From contig DATLCI010000150.1 in NCBI GenBank assembly GCA_035526435.1, forward strand, positions 1 through 48,532: a stretch of 48,532 nucleotides of DNA. Reading direction: 5' to 3'. Of the stretch, positions 28,213 through 38,169 are shown one piece after another (within the stretch, counting starts at the first letter, position 1; every line of letters starts with the position of its first letter). Source of the stretch: Terriglobales bacterium. GTDB lineage: Bacteria; Acidobacteriota; Terriglobia; Terriglobales; Acidobacteriaceae. Both the position numbers and the translations under genes were made by a program. The notes beneath the pieces are model-generated. The model ran no database searches. It was not told the origin of the DNA and was given only the letters and a program-made list of their open reading frames with translations.

Positions 28213-29052
28213 ATGGCCTCATTGTGGACCGGATACCTTACCTTTGGACTTATCTCTATGCCGGTGCGCTTGTTTTCCGGCGCGCGAAGCGAGCACGTCT
28301 CCTTTCACATGCTCCACCGCGACGACAACGTCCGGGTAAAACAGCAGTTGGTCTGTCCCGCCGAGAACAAGGTCATTGAACGCAGCGAGACCGTCAAAGG
28401 CTACGAGTATTCGAAAGGAGAATATGTCATCGTCGAGCCGGCGGAGATCAAGAAGATCGAGCCGAAGACGGCCAAAGCGATGGAGATCCTCGAATTCGTA
28501 AAAGCAGACGACGTGGACCCCATTTATTTTGAGTCGTCGTATTACCTGGTTCCGGAAGAAGGCGGACGCAAGCCGTATGCGCTTCTGCAAAAGGCGTTGG
28601 CCGACAGCGCTTATGTGGGCGTAGCGAAACTCACGATGCATAACCGCGAGTACACGGTCCTATTGCGGCCCTATGAAGGTGGCCTGATGCTCCACACCAT
28701 CTACTACAAGAATGAGATTCGCGAGGTGGAGGGCTTCGGCGAGATCGACGTGGAGATCAAACCGGCGGAGATCAAAGTTGCGAACCAATTGATCGAAGCG
28801 CTGGCCGCCGAATGGGAGCCGGAAAAGTACGCGGACACTTTTCAAGAAAACGTAAAGAAACTCATCCAGGCCCGGCTTGACGGCAAGGAAGTGGTTGCGG
28901 TGGATAAGCCCAGGAAGATGGCCCCCGTGGTGGATCTGATGGAAGCCCTGAAGGCCAGCTTGGCGCAAAAAGAGGGGAAGGCCGCGCCCAAGACCGGCCA
29001 GAAGAAGGCTCCCCAGCGGGCCACGGCAAAGCGGCGCAAGCCTGCTGCTTAA
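28213..29052 (+). CDS. ku: Non-homologous end-joining protein Ku
   Basis: MASLWTGYLTFGLISMPVRLFSGARSEHVSFHMLH is a characteristic bacterial Ku N-terminus. Lys/Arg-rich C-terminal tail. ATG at 28213 with GGAG upstream. Confidence 0.85.
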   Translation: MASLWTGYLTFGLISMPVRLFSGARSEHVSFHMLHRDDNVRVKQQLVCPAENKVIERSETVKGYEYSKGEYVIVEPAEIKKIEPKTAKAMEILEFVKADDVDPIYFESSYYLVPEEGGRKPYALLQKALADSAYVGVAKLTMHNREYTVLLRPYEGGLMLHTIYYKNEIREVEGFGEIDVEIKPAEIKVANQLIEALAAEWEPEKYADTFQENVKKLIQARLDGKEVVAVDKPRKMAPVVDLMEALKASLAQKEGKAAPKTGQKKAPQRATAKRRKPAA

Positions 29053-29150
29053 GGGCTGCCAACGCCCCGCCCCGCCCGGATGCATGGTTTACAATCAATG
29101 ATTAACGTTTCATAAGCCATCATGCTGGCTCTGGTCCAGCGGGAGCAGGA

Positions 29151-30416
29151 ATGACATTGCGTTTCCGGGCCTTTTTCCTGGCCATAGCCTCGGTCCTTTA
29201 TCTCAGCGCTTGCGGAGAGACCTTCCGCCCCATCGCTACGCCGGTCACCACTGGTGGCGGCGATCCCCAGGCGCGACGCCATGCCGTCGTCGTCTCCAAC
29301 AATGGTCCCACCGCCGACGGCGCGAACACGCATGTAAACATTTCCGGCGACACGAACGCGGGGCAGGTCCCCCTTGGACAAGACCCCGTGCATGCCGGCA
29401 TGAACCCCTCGGGTACCATAACCGTCGTGGTGAACCGGGCCTCCGGATCGGGCAAGGCGAGTGTTACTGGGTATTCGACGTTTGATCAACCCACATCGCC
29501 GAACTTGCCATTGGTGTCCACGCTTCCTGATAACTCAGCCCCGTCGTATGCGCTAGTAACGAACACAACAATTTACGTCGCGATGTCGGGCATTAACGCG
29601 GTCGGCATTTTGCTCCCGGGAGCTGCGGGCCTACAGGCGCAGGTTCCGGTCGGAACTACGCCGGTTGCCATTGCCAGCCTGCCCAATGCGTCGAAGATCT
29701 ACGTGGTCAATCAAGGTTCGAGCGATGTGAGCGTGATCCGGACGTCCGACAACAGCGTTACCACCACGGTGGGCGTGGGTGCGTCACCGGCATGGGCGGT
29801 GGCCAGTGCGGACAGCAAATTTGTTTACGTGGTGAACAAGGGCGCCGGGAATGTGACGGTCATCAATGCCGACACGGATGCGGTAGTCAATACCATCGCC
29901 GTGGGGGCCGCGCCGAACTTCGCTGCTTTCGATGCCAAGAACCTGCGCGTCTATGTGACGAATTCCGGCGCGAACACCGTGACGTCTATCAATGCCGATG
30001 CGAACAGCCCCGCGTTCCTTACAACCACAACGATAACCGTTGGCAGCAATCCGGTATCCCTGACTCCCTTGGCTGACGGCAGCCGCGTCTACGTAGCGAA
30101 TTCAGGTTCGAATTCCGTCAGCGTCGTCAGTAGCCTGTCCCTGGCAGTGCAATCGACGATCACCGTCCCGGCCACGACCGGAATGCTGAAGCCGGTTTGG
30201 ATAGATTCGTCGCGCGATAGCTCCAAAGTAGTAGTGGCATTTCAAGATGCGAATCCTGTGACTACTAGCGATCCCGACGAAAGCGCGATCGTGACCATTC
30301 GCGCCTCGGATAGCGTGTTGACTACTATCGCCGCTCCCACCTCACCCTTGCCGTGCGTCAGCGCAACTGCGGGTTGGTGCAGGATGAAGCCGGTCTTCGT
30401 CACCATCACGCCGTAA
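29151..30416 (+). CDS. YVTN-family beta-propeller repeat lipoprotein
   Basis: Lipobox LYLSAC. Repeats YVVNQGSSDVSVI, YVVNKGAGNVTVI, YVTNSGANTVTSI, YVANSGSNSVSVV. Confidence 0.7.
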   Translation: MTLRFRAFFLAIASVLYLSACGETFRPIATPVTTGGGDPQARRHAVVVSNNGPTADGANTHVNISGDTNAGQVPLGQDPVHAGMNPSGTITVVVNRASGSGKASVTGYSTFDQPTSPNLPLVSTLPDNSAPSYALVTNTTIYVAMSGINAVGILLPGAAGLQAQVPVGTTPVAIASLPNASKIYVVNQGSSDVSVIRTSDNSVTTTVGVGASPAWAVASADSKFVYVVNKGAGNVTVINADTDAVVNTIAVGAAPNFAAFDAKNLRVYVTNSGANTVTSINADANSPAFLTTTTITVGSNPVSLTPLADGSRVYVANSGSNSVSVVSSLSLAVQSTITVPATTGMLKPVWIDSSRDSSKVVVAFQDANPVTTSDPDESAIVTIRASDSVLTTIAAPTSPLPCVSATAGWCRMKPVFVTITP

Positions 30417-30428
30417 CCGATTCGTCAC

Positions 30429-30461
30429 AAAAAAGAAGCGGAGCCAATGGCTCCGCTTTTT
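30429..30461. terminator. Bidirectional intrinsic terminator between the convergent YVTN and cheX genes
   Basis: AAAAAAG-AAGCGGAGCC-AAT-GGCTCCGCTT-TTT. A 10-bp stem flanked by an A-run on one side and a T-run on the other. Confidence 0.8.
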
Positions 30462-30476
30462 GATTGCTAAAAATGT

Positions 30477-30977
30477 TTACCCGCCAACCACCGCTTCACG
30501 CTCCGCTTTGCGACGGCGGTTGTAGCGCATGGCAATATTCATATAAACGGTCCCGTTCGGGACGTCGAACGCCATGACCAGCGCTTCGGTGTCCTCACTG
30601 CCCGTCATCCCGACGTCAGAGGTATGGGGTTGGGGCGGCGCGATCTTAAAGCGAAAGCCTTCGTCGTTCAGCGTCGTGACTGCATTCCCAATGACCAGGT
30701 TCGCCAGCTCGAAGATGGTCTCTCCGACCGCGGGATCGTCTTCGGATACTTCTGAACCCACGAGGGCAGTGGCAATGGCAGTCGCTGTCTTGCGGTCAAT
30801 GTCGAGGATGACGCGTCCTTCGATGTCACCGTGAATATTTATAAGGGTGGCCATACCTTTGCGGCGGTAGACCTCCTCGTCCATATTCACGTCGCCGATG
30901 CGGGTATTGCACTTTAGCGTTTCCGATAATACGGCGTCCGCCGCATTGATGAACGGCTGGATCAGCTCCATTTTCAT
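30477..30977 (-). CDS. cheX: CheX-like CheY-P phosphatase (CheC/CheX/FliY family)
   Basis: A single CheC-type motif ExxN-x(about 22)-P is present (ELANLVIGNAVTTLNDEGFRFKIAPP). Last gene of the che operon, 4-nt overlap with cheY. Confidence 0.65.
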   Translation of the reverse strand: MKMELIQPFINAADAVLSETLKCNTRIGDVNMDEEVYRRKGMATLINIHGDIEGRVILDIDRKTATAIATALVGSEVSEDDPAVGETIFELANLVIGNAVTTLNDEGFRFKIAPPQPHTSDVGMTGSEDTEALVMAFDVPNGTVYMNIAMRYNRRRKAEREAVVGG

Positions 30978-31423
30978 TTTGATTCTCCAGCGGCGGTGGC
31001 ACTCGCGGCGGCCACGGCATCTTCTCCCATCACATATTTGATGACTTCGTACAGTACCTCAGGCTTTACCGGCTTCTGCACAAAATGCTTCGCGCCTTTC
31101 TGTAATGCCGAAACGATGTTCTCCTGATAACCGACCGAAGAGACCATGATCACCCGCGCATCCGGATGGTTGCGAATGATGCGCTCGGCCGCCTCAATGC
31201 CTTCCATCTGCGGCATGGTGATGTCCATCAGCACAATATCGGGAAGGGCACGGTCATACTCGGTGATCGCGGTCATGCCGTCGCCGGCCTCACCGGCCAC
31301 TGCGCCGCCAAAGGATTCGACCATCTTGGTCACGTTCTTACGCGCGAAGACCGAGTCGTCCACTACCAGGTAACGGACCGGTTGCCGGTCTTGAGTGCGA
31401 AGCAGAGCCGCAAATTGCTCCAT
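30974..31423 (-). CDS. cheY: Chemotaxis response regulator CheY
   Basis: Single receiver domain: LVVDDS, VLMDITMP, VSS, KP. Confidence 0.85.
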   Translation of the reverse strand: MEQFAALLRTQDRQPVRYLVVDDSVFARKNVTKMVESFGGAVAGEAGDGMTAITEYDRALPDIVLMDITMPQMEGIEAAERIIRNHPDARVIMVSSVGYQENIVSALQKGAKHFVQKPVKPEVLYEVIKYVMGEDAVAAASATAAGESK

Positions 31424-31458
31424 ATGATTCTCCTAACTACGGTGTTTCTAAATAACCC

Positions 31459-32526
31459 TTAAACCATTGCCTTTTGTCGCCGTATGCACTGCGCCACGAT
31501 GGTCGTCGCCATCAGCTCCAGCGACACCACCCGTTGCGCATATCCTCGTTCGATCGCGGCCTTCGGCATTCCGTAGACCACGCATGACGCCTCGTCCTGC
31601 GCGATGGTCAGGCCGCCCTGACCCTTGATCGCGCCAATCCCATCGGCGCCGTCTTCACCCATCCCCGTCATGATGATGCCCACGGCTTTGTCGCCGAATT
31701 CCATCGCCGCTGACTTGAAGAGCACATCGGCAGATGGACGATGCCCGTTCACCCGGTCGTCATCGGCCAATACCACTACGTCTCCCATGGACATTCTTCT
31801 GACGCGGATGTGGCGATCGCCGGGACAGATCAATGCTCGTCCCGCCAGCAATAGGTCGCCTGACTTCGCTTCTTTCACGTCGATCGCACAACATTCGTTG
31901 AGGCGGCGCGCAAACATCTCGGTAAAGCCTTCCGGCATGTGCTGCACGACCACAATAGTCCCCGGAAAATCGCCCGGGATCTGCGATAACACATACTGGA
32001 GCGCGTTCGGCCCGCCCGTGGAGATGCCGATCGCGATCAACTTGGTGGGCGGCACTTTCGGACGGTTTGCCGGCTTTTGTACTTTACTGGGCTCGGAAGG
32101 AATCACCGCTTTGACCCGGGGCTCGGCTTTGGCCGCAGCCTTGATCTTCGCAATCAGTTCGTTCCCGATCTCATCCATCTTCGCGGCTGCCGCATCCCGC
32201 GGTTTCGAGACGAAGTCGAAGGCGCCGAGCGCCAAGGCTTTAAATGTGGATGACGCGCCTTCGGTCGTCTGGGCGCTCACCATGATCACTGGCAGCTTGT
32301 GCTTGCGCATGATGTGGCGCAAAGTTTCCATGCCGTCCATGCGCGGCATTTCCAGGTCCAGGGTGATCACATGAGGATGAAGTTCATCGATCTTCCGCAG
32401 ACCGAACTCACCGTCCATCGCGGTGCCCACTACCTGAATGCCCGGGTCTTTCTCAATGATCTGCGGGATCAGCTTCCGCATAAGCGCGGAATCGTCGATG
32501 ACGAGAACGCGTACGGGTTCGCTCAT
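31459..32526 (-). CDS. cheB: Protein-glutamate methylesterase/glutaminase CheB
   Basis: N-terminal receiver (VLVIDDSALMR, ITLDLEMP) plus methylesterase domain (IGISTGGP, VVQHMP, GMGEDGA). Confidence 0.9.
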   Translation of the reverse strand: MSEPVRVLVIDDSALMRKLIPQIIEKDPGIQVVGTAMDGEFGLRKIDELHPHVITLDLEMPRMDGMETLRHIMRKHKLPVIMVSAQTTEGASSTFKALALGAFDFVSKPRDAAAAKMDEIGNELIAKIKAAAKAEPRVKAVIPSEPSKVQKPANRPKVPPTKLIAIGISTGGPNALQYVLSQIPGDFPGTIVVVQHMPEGFTEMFARRLNECCAIDVKEAKSGDLLLAGRALICPGDRHIRVRRMSMGDVVVLADDDRVNGHRPSADVLFKSAAMEFGDKAVGIIMTGMGEDGADGIGAIKGQGGLTIAQDEASCVVYGMPKAAIERGYAQRVVSLELMATTIVAQCIRRQKAMV

Positions 32527-34637
32527 GCTGAGGCTCCTGTCGCGCGGTCACTGCGTCCGTCATTGCGTCCCAATTTCGCCACCACCGCATTGATATTCAG
32601 GATCAGCACGACCGTTCCATCGCCCAGGATCGACGCGCCGCTTACGTAATCCGTTGCCACCAGATGGTCGTCGAGCGCCTTGATCACCAGCTCTTCTTCA
32701 CCGATCAGCTTGTCCACGACTAATCCAAACTTACGGTCGCCGATAGCGATCACGACCACGAATATCTTTTTGCCCGAGGTACCGGCTTCGCGATTCAGCT
32801 TATTGAGACGCACCAACGTCAGCACCTCATCGCGCAGGCGCAACACTTCGTGCTGGTCTACCCGGTGGATCTCCGTCTGCTGGGCCCGCGTTATTTCGAC
32901 AACCGATCCCAAGGGGACTGCGTAAAGCCGCTGCTGCACACGGAAAAGCAACGCCTTGATGATGGCCAGCGTCAGCGGTACCTTCACGAAGAACCGCGTT
33001 CCTTCTCCCACCTTGGTCTCGATGGAGACCGAACCTTTCAAACGCTCAACCACGCTCTTGACCACGTCCATGCCAACGCCGCGGCCGGAAACCGCCGTCA
33101 CTTCCTCGGCTGTGCTTAATCCCGGATGGAAGATCAGGTTTAGGGCTTCGCCGTCCGTGAGGCGGTTCGCATCGTCAGCCGTGATCACATTCGTTTCGAT
33201 AGCTTTGGCTACGACCTTTAGCCGGTCGATACCGCGGCCATCGTCGCGCACCTCAATGACGATGTGGTTGCCCTGGTGATAGGCATCCAGCTCCACCGTA
33301 CCTTGCGCCGGCTTGCCGATCGCCGCCCGCTCTGCAGGTGACTCAATACCGTGGCTGATGGCATTTCGCACCAGGTGCGCCAGCGGCTCCGCCAAGACGT
33401 CGAGAATGCTCTTATCAAGGTCAGTATTCTGTCCGCTGATCTCCAGGCCTACCTCTTTACCGCAGGATTTCGATACATCGCGGACGATCCGCGGGAACCT
33501 CCGGAAGAGTTGTTCCACCGGGACCATGCGGACTTTCATGACCGATTTCTGCAGGTCATTCAACACGCGCGCCTGAAATGCGAGCGCGTCCGCAAACTTT
33601 GCCCGAAGCGGGTCTTTCGTGAAGCGCTTATCGAATTCGCTGATGGTCTGCGTGAGCATTGACTTGCCAATGATCAGCTCTCCCACCAGGTTCAACACGG
33701 CGTCGATCTTTTCCGCATCCACACGCAGCTTCGCTGCTTCTGGGGCGCTAGAACCGATGCTATCTGCCGGATCCAAGGGCTCCGCCGCCATTCGCTGGAC
33801 CGCAGTTACTTCCGCGGTAGGCTGGCCAAGCGCTTCAGCGGCAGGCTCTGCGACTGGACTCTGCGGCGCTTCGCATACGGCTTCGTGGGCAGCAATCTCG
33901 GCATAAGGCTCAACCAGCACGTCGGACACTACCGCGGGGATGTGACACTTCTTAGCGATGTACTCTTTATCAAAACTGCTGGCCAGGCCTGCCTGGATCA
34001 CGTCGAAATCCTGCATGCCCATGTTTTCGTCAGGCACGATCACCAACAGATTGCCCAAGTCCTGCAACGCCATCTTGGCCATTTGCAGGGCCGCGGCCCG
34101 GACCATGCAATTTGCGTCCAACGTGAGCGAGACTTGTAAGACTTTGAGTCCCCGGCGCGTAGCATCCGCCATGACCATCTGCTCGTATTCAGACCACTGG
34201 AAGCCGGTTGCGCGCTCCACCACCTTCGGAATGGAGGAGCCATTGGTTGGAGCTTTGAGCAACTCATGGATGCTTCTGCGTACGGATTCGCCACTCGGAG
34301 GCGTAGTGTTGCCGCGATACGCGTTCAGCATCATCTGGAAAGCGTCGGCGGCGCTCAGCACCACTTCCGCGATGCGGGTATTACGGCGCTCCGCCAGCTC
34401 CGGCGTCAAGGCGTCTTCAAGCTCATGGGCCAGCGAACTCAACTCCTGATATCCGCAAGCGGCTGAATCGCCCTTGAGCGTGTGGACGGTGCGGCGCACT
34501 TCGCGCACTACCTCCGCATCGCCGGGGCGTTGTTCCAGTAGCAGACCTTCCTCATTGAGCGTCTGCAACAATTCAGCAGCGCTTTCAAAGAAAAGGTCAC
34601 GCAACTCGGAAGACCGCTCTTCGGAGAAGAAGCTCAC
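32523..34637 (-). CDS. cheA: Chemotaxis histidine kinase CheA
   Basis: Hpt box HTLKGDSAACG, dimerisation and HATPase domains (HLVRNAISHGIE, DDGRGID, GRGVGMD), C-terminal CheW-like domain. Confidence 0.9.
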   Translation of the reverse strand: MSFFSEERSSELRDLFFESAAELLQTLNEEGLLLEQRPGDAEVVREVRRTVHTLKGDSAACGYQELSSLAHELEDALTPELAERRNTRIAEVVLSAADAFQMMLNAYRGNTTPPSGESVRRSIHELLKAPTNGSSIPKVVERATGFQWSEYEQMVMADATRRGLKVLQVSLTLDANCMVRAAALQMAKMALQDLGNLLVIVPDENMGMQDFDVIQAGLASSFDKEYIAKKCHIPAVVSDVLVEPYAEIAAHEAVCEAPQSPVAEPAAEALGQPTAEVTAVQRMAAEPLDPADSIGSSAPEAAKLRVDAEKIDAVLNLVGELIIGKSMLTQTISEFDKRFTKDPLRAKFADALAFQARVLNDLQKSVMKVRMVPVEQLFRRFPRIVRDVSKSCGKEVGLEISGQNTDLDKSILDVLAEPLAHLVRNAISHGIESPAERAAIGKPAQGTVELDAYHQGNHIVIEVRDDGRGIDRLKVVAKAIETNVITADDANRLTDGEALNLIFHPGLSTAEEVTAVSGRGVGMDVVKSVVERLKGSVSIETKVGEGTRFFVKVPLTLAIIKALLFRVQQRLYAVPLGSVVEITRAQQTEIHRVDQHEVLRLRDEVLTLVRLNKLNREAGTSGKKIFVVVIAIGDRKFGLVVDKLIGEEELVIKALDDHLVATDYVSGASILGDGTVVLILNINAVVAKLGRNDGRSDRATGASA

Positions 34638-35539
34638 CCGTGCACCTCAAGCCTCTGGTAGGCGGTGCCGTTGTTCTGGTGGATCATCTTGAACTTGTCG
34701 CTCAGTCCGAAGAGGCTTTCGGCATGGCCGATGAACAGGTAGCCTTCCGGATTCAAGCAGCGATAGAACTTCTCGATGAGGCGTTTTTGTTCCGCCTCGT
34801 CGAAATAGATCATCACGTTGCGGCAGAAGATCACATCGTTGCGCTGGGGCAGGAACTCGGTCTTCAGATTATGGAAGTCGAAATGGACCAGGTCTTTGAC
34901 CTGCTTCTTGATGGCGTAACGATCGCCGACTTTGTCGAAATAGCGCAGCCGATAGGCGTAGTCCACCGCTTCCATGTGATTGTCTGAGTACATGCCTTCC
35001 TGCGCGGCGCGCAAGACGGAATAATTAATGTCAGAGGCCAGGATCTCCACCTTCCACGGTGGCGGGATCATCGGCTTGGGCGAGGGCATCTCAAAGGGAA
35101 GCGGATTCCGCAGATAGTAATAAGCCAGGGCGTCACACACGATCATGGCCAGCGTGTACGGCTCTTGCCCGGTGGAGCAGCCCGCGCTCCATATCCGCAG
35201 GCTGAAATCCCGTCGCGACTGCTTGCGATGCAGGATCTCTTCCAGCGTATTTTTATGGAATAGCTCGATCTGCGGCTTGTTGCGGAAGAAGCTGGTTTCG
35301 TTGACCGTCAGGTTCTCTACCAGAGCCGCCAGTTCGGGCTTGCCCTCGCGGCTGGTGAGCAAGCGGTAGTAGCTGTAGAAGGAATCGATGCCGGTCGTCT
35401 TCAGGCGGCGATGCAGCCGGTCGGTGAGGAAATGCACGCGGCGTTCATCAAAGAACATCCCGCATTCCTGGTAGACGAGCGTCTGCAGCAATTTCAATTC
35501 GGGTTCGGTGATCTGAAGGTTCAAGCCAGGTGTGGCCAT
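34634..35539 (-). CDS. cheR: Chemotaxis protein methyltransferase CheR
   Basis: TSFFR motif (ETSFFRN), SAM site IWSAGCSTGQEPY, CRNVMIYFD. Confidence 0.9.
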   Translation of the reverse strand: MATPGLNLQITEPELKLLQTLVYQECGMFFDERRVHFLTDRLHRRLKTTGIDSFYSYYRLLTSREGKPELAALVENLTVNETSFFRNKPQIELFHKNTLEEILHRKQSRRDFSLRIWSAGCSTGQEPYTLAMIVCDALAYYYLRNPLPFEMPSPKPMIPPPWKVEILASDINYSVLRAAQEGMYSDNHMEAVDYAYRLRYFDKVGDRYAIKKQVKDLVHFDFHNLKTEFLPQRNDVIFCRNVMIYFDEAEQKRLIEKFYRCLNPEGYLFIGHAESLFGLSDKFKMIHQNNGTAYQRLEVHG

Positions 35540-35630
35540 TTTTTCCCCGGCGCGCCACCCCTACCACAGGGACTTGCGCGCGAATCTTCGCTTTCTAACA
35601 GGCGCAAGCGCCCAGGTAGTACAAGTTTTC

Positions 35631-36113
35631 TTAAACTGCCGCGCCCAGGGCCTGCCCGGCCGCCAGCTCGCCTAAGCGTCGCAGCTCGCCCTTTTGCAGG
35701 ATCTTATTCAGGTCGATCAGGATGATGAGCCGGTCATTCAGCTTACCCACGCCGGTCACATAGTTCAGCTCGCCCTCTTCGAAAACATTGGGGGGGGCTT
35801 CGACATGCGTGTGCGACATCTTCAGCACCTCAGAAGCGGCGTCTACGATCAGTCCCACCATCTTGGACTCAACCTCCACTACCAGGATGCGGTTCTTCTT
35901 GGTGCGCGTGATCTGCTTTTCTCCGAAACGCTTGCGCAAGTCCACGATGGACACGATCTTGCCGCGCAGGTTGATGACTCCCTCGATGTATTCCGGGGAG
36001 TCCGGGACCGCGGTGATGTCCGGCACGCGGACGATCTCGTGCACCATGTCAATGGGCACTCCGAATGTCTCCCGCCCGATGCGGAAACCTACGAGATGTA
36101 GATCTTTAGCCAT
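35631..36113 (-). CDS. cheW: Chemotaxis coupling protein CheW
   Basis: FRIGRETFGVPIDMVHEIV...VINLRGKIVSIVDLR. Confidence 0.9.
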   Translation of the reverse strand: MAKDLHLVGFRIGRETFGVPIDMVHEIVRVPDITAVPDSPEYIEGVINLRGKIVSIVDLRKRFGEKQITRTKKNRILVVEVESKMVGLIVDAASEVLKMSHTHVEAPPNVFEEGELNYVTGVGKLNDRLIILIDLNKILQKGELRRLGELAAGQALGAAV

Positions 36114-36130
36114 GAATCTCTCCGCCAGGA

Positions 36131-38128
36131 CTAGTTATTGGTAGTGGCATAACGGGCCAGGCTGCGCCCGTCGGTCTGCTTCGGACCATGTCCATTCAAG
36201 CTTGCTTCCAGGATGAACCGGTCCATGGAATCCAGCAGGGTACGCGCCATCTTTGACATTTGGTCCGATGACGCCGCCAACTGCGTTGATCCCGAGGTTG
36301 AACGCTGCGTCAGTTCGCGCATCTTCTCCATCGCGCGGACCACGGCTTGCGCCCCGGAGGCCTGCTCTTCTACCGCCGAGTTGATCTCGTGCGTGATCTC
36401 ATTCAAACGCCCGGTGGCCTTGGCGATCTGCGTGGAGCCATGCGACTGCTCATTCGTGGCCGCCCCGATCTCCTGCGCGAACTTGTAAACCTCAGTCACA
36501 ACGTTGGAGATCTTCTTCAGAGCGGTACCCAGGTCGCTGCCGAGGGTAAGGCCCTCATCCACGATCACCGTGCTCTTATCCATGTTCTCGACCGCTTTAC
36601 GGGCTTCCTTTTGAATGCTGCCGATAAGCTCGGAGATCTCGCGCGTAGATTGCGCCGATTTCTCCGCCAGTTTGCGGACTTCGTCTGCAACCACGGCAAA
36701 GCCCAGACCGTGTTCGCCGGCCCGCGCCGCTTCAATCGCGGCGTTTAACGCCAGCAGATTGGTCTGTTCCGCCAGGTCGTCGATCACTTCTACGATCTTG
36801 CCGATATCATCCGTTTTCGCCCCCAGATCGCTGATGATCTTGGCGGACGATTCGATCGCCGAGTTGATGCGATTGAGTCCGTCGGTCGCCTTCTCCATGG
36901 TCGTGATGCCGCTGCCCACTTCTTCACGCGAGCGTTGCGAGATGTCGAGCAGCACTTTGGCGGTATCGGCCACGCGTTGGATCGAAGCCACCATCTCATC
37001 GATCGAAGCGGAGGTCTCGCTTACGCTGGATGCCTGCGTTTGCGTGTTTTTTACCATGTTCTGCACGTTGATACTCATCTCGTGCATGGTGCTGGTGACT
37101 TCGTCGATCGCGGAAGCCGCTTGCACGTTGATACGCGCGGACTCCTCTGAAGCTGACGCTACCTCATTCGAGCCGCTGGCTACCTGCGACGCGCCGTCGC
37201 GGACGCTCTTTACCATGGCGCGCAAGCCCTGGGTCATGTCAGTGAAGGCGATGGCTAAGGTGTCGCGCTTGGAGCGGGCTTGTACGTCGACGGTGAGGTC
37301 GCCGCCTGCAATCGCTTCGGAGACAGCCGCCATTTCCTTCAAGTAGCTGACCATGTTGTTGAACGTCTGGGCGAGTTCGCCGATCTCATCGGAGCCGCTG
37401 ACATCGACTTTCTGGTCCAGGTCGCCGGAGTTGCCGATCTCGCGGGCAACGGTAATAAGGTGCCCGAGAGGCTGAGTGATCGATTGCGAGATCTTATAGG
37501 CCACGACGGCGCCGATACCCAACGCCAACAACGTGCCGATGGTCACAAACCAGAATGCGAGCGAACTCGCGCTGTCACTGGCCTTTTGCTGCGCCGCCAG
37601 CACCGTGCTGATGCTGTCCTGCGCTTCCTTCAAGGGGTCGGCAGATTTCTTTAGCCAGCTCCCGGGGTCCTTTTCCAGATAAAAGATCTGGAGTTCGGCA
37701 ACAGTGGCGTTGCCAGAATCAACCTGTTTACGTTTTTCGATCAGCGGTTCGGCAAATCCTGTTACCCAGGCTGCTTCCACATCCTTTAAGCGGGAGACCG
37801 CGCTCTTGAACTGGTCATTCATGCCGGCACTATTGACGATGGCACTGTCGATCGACTTCTGCAGCGTCTGCACGCCGGCCTTCATCTGGTCGGCTTCGCG
37901 GCCGTCGCCGCTAAGCAGGTAATTGCCCAGCGACTGCCGGTTCTGCATCATCTGAAAGCCAATGTCGGCCGATAGGCGCTGCTGTTCGAACAGCCGTGCG
38001 GTCTTCTCCTGGGCACCGCGCGCATTATTCATAGCGACAAAACTGATTGCTGCCAACACGATGAGTAGCGCCAGCACCGCGCCAAAGCCTACATAAAGTT
38101 TTTTGCCGATCGTCATTCCGTCCTCCAC
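36131..38128 (-). CDS. Methyl-accepting chemotaxis protein with periplasmic helical-bundle sensor, HAMP and signalling domain
   Basis: TM1, a helical periplasmic region of about 170 aa, TM2, then HAMP (DEIGELAQTFNNM). Conserved hairpin tip [36 protein letters not shown]. The probable start MTIGKK is at 38116. Confidence 0.9.
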   Translation of the reverse strand: MEDGMTIGKKLYVGFGAVLALLIVLAAISFVAMNNARGAQEKTARLFEQQRLSADIGFQMMQNRQSLGNYLLSGDGREADQMKAGVQTLQKSIDSAIVNSAGMNDQFKSAVSRLKDVEAAWVTGFAEPLIEKRKQVDSGNATVAELQIFYLEKDPGSWLKKSADPLKEAQDSISTVLAAQQKASDSASSLAFWFVTIGTLLALGIGAVVAYKISQSITQPLGHLITVAREIGNSGDLDQKVDVSGSDEIGELAQTFNNMVSYLKEMAAVSEAIAGGDLTVDVQARSKRDTLAIAFTDMTQGLRAMVKSVRDGASQVASGSNEVASASEESARINVQAASAIDEVTSTMHEMSINVQNMVKNTQTQASSVSETSASIDEMVASIQRVADTAKVLLDISQRSREEVGSGITTMEKATDGLNRINSAIESSAKIISDLGAKTDDIGKIVEVIDDLAEQTNLLALNAAIEAARAGEHGLGFAVVADEVRKLAEKSAQSTREISELIGSIQKEARKAVENMDKSTVIVDEGLTLGSDLGTALKKISNVVTEVYKFAQEIGAATNEQSHGSTQIAKATGRLNEITHEINSAVEEQASGAQAVVRAMEKMRELTQRSTSGSTQLAASSDQMSKMARTLLDSMDRFILEASLNGHGPKQTDGRSLARYATTNN

Positions 38129-38169
38129 ATCTGACTGCCCGGTCGTTCGCCAGGCTACTGCCCGGTACG

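Noticed and set aside
29126-29140. Sigma-54-like string TGGCTCTGGTCCAGC upstream of the YVTN gene.
   Set aside because: The GG/GC spacing is right, but the -12 element is CAGC rather than TTGC. The element also ends only 10 nt before the start codon, leaving no room for a leader or RBS.
30105-30116. GGTTCGAATTCC, resembling a tRNA T-loop.
   Set aside because: It lies inside the YVTN coding repeat (NSGSNS). No acceptor or anticodon arms can be drawn around it.
35573-35608. Inverted repeat CTTGCGC-N22-GCGCAAG in the 91-bp cheW-cheR gap.
   Set aside because: It has only 7-bp arms, a 22-nt loop and no U-tract. This is too weak to call a terminator or attenuator.
36640-36780. Inverted nucleotide similarity between the two MCP genes (about 36640-36780 versus about 48140-48260).
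   Set aside because: It reflects the universally conserved MCP hairpin-tip codons ([19 protein letters not shown]...). Identity is imperfect at the nucleotide level, so this is not a mobile-element repeat.
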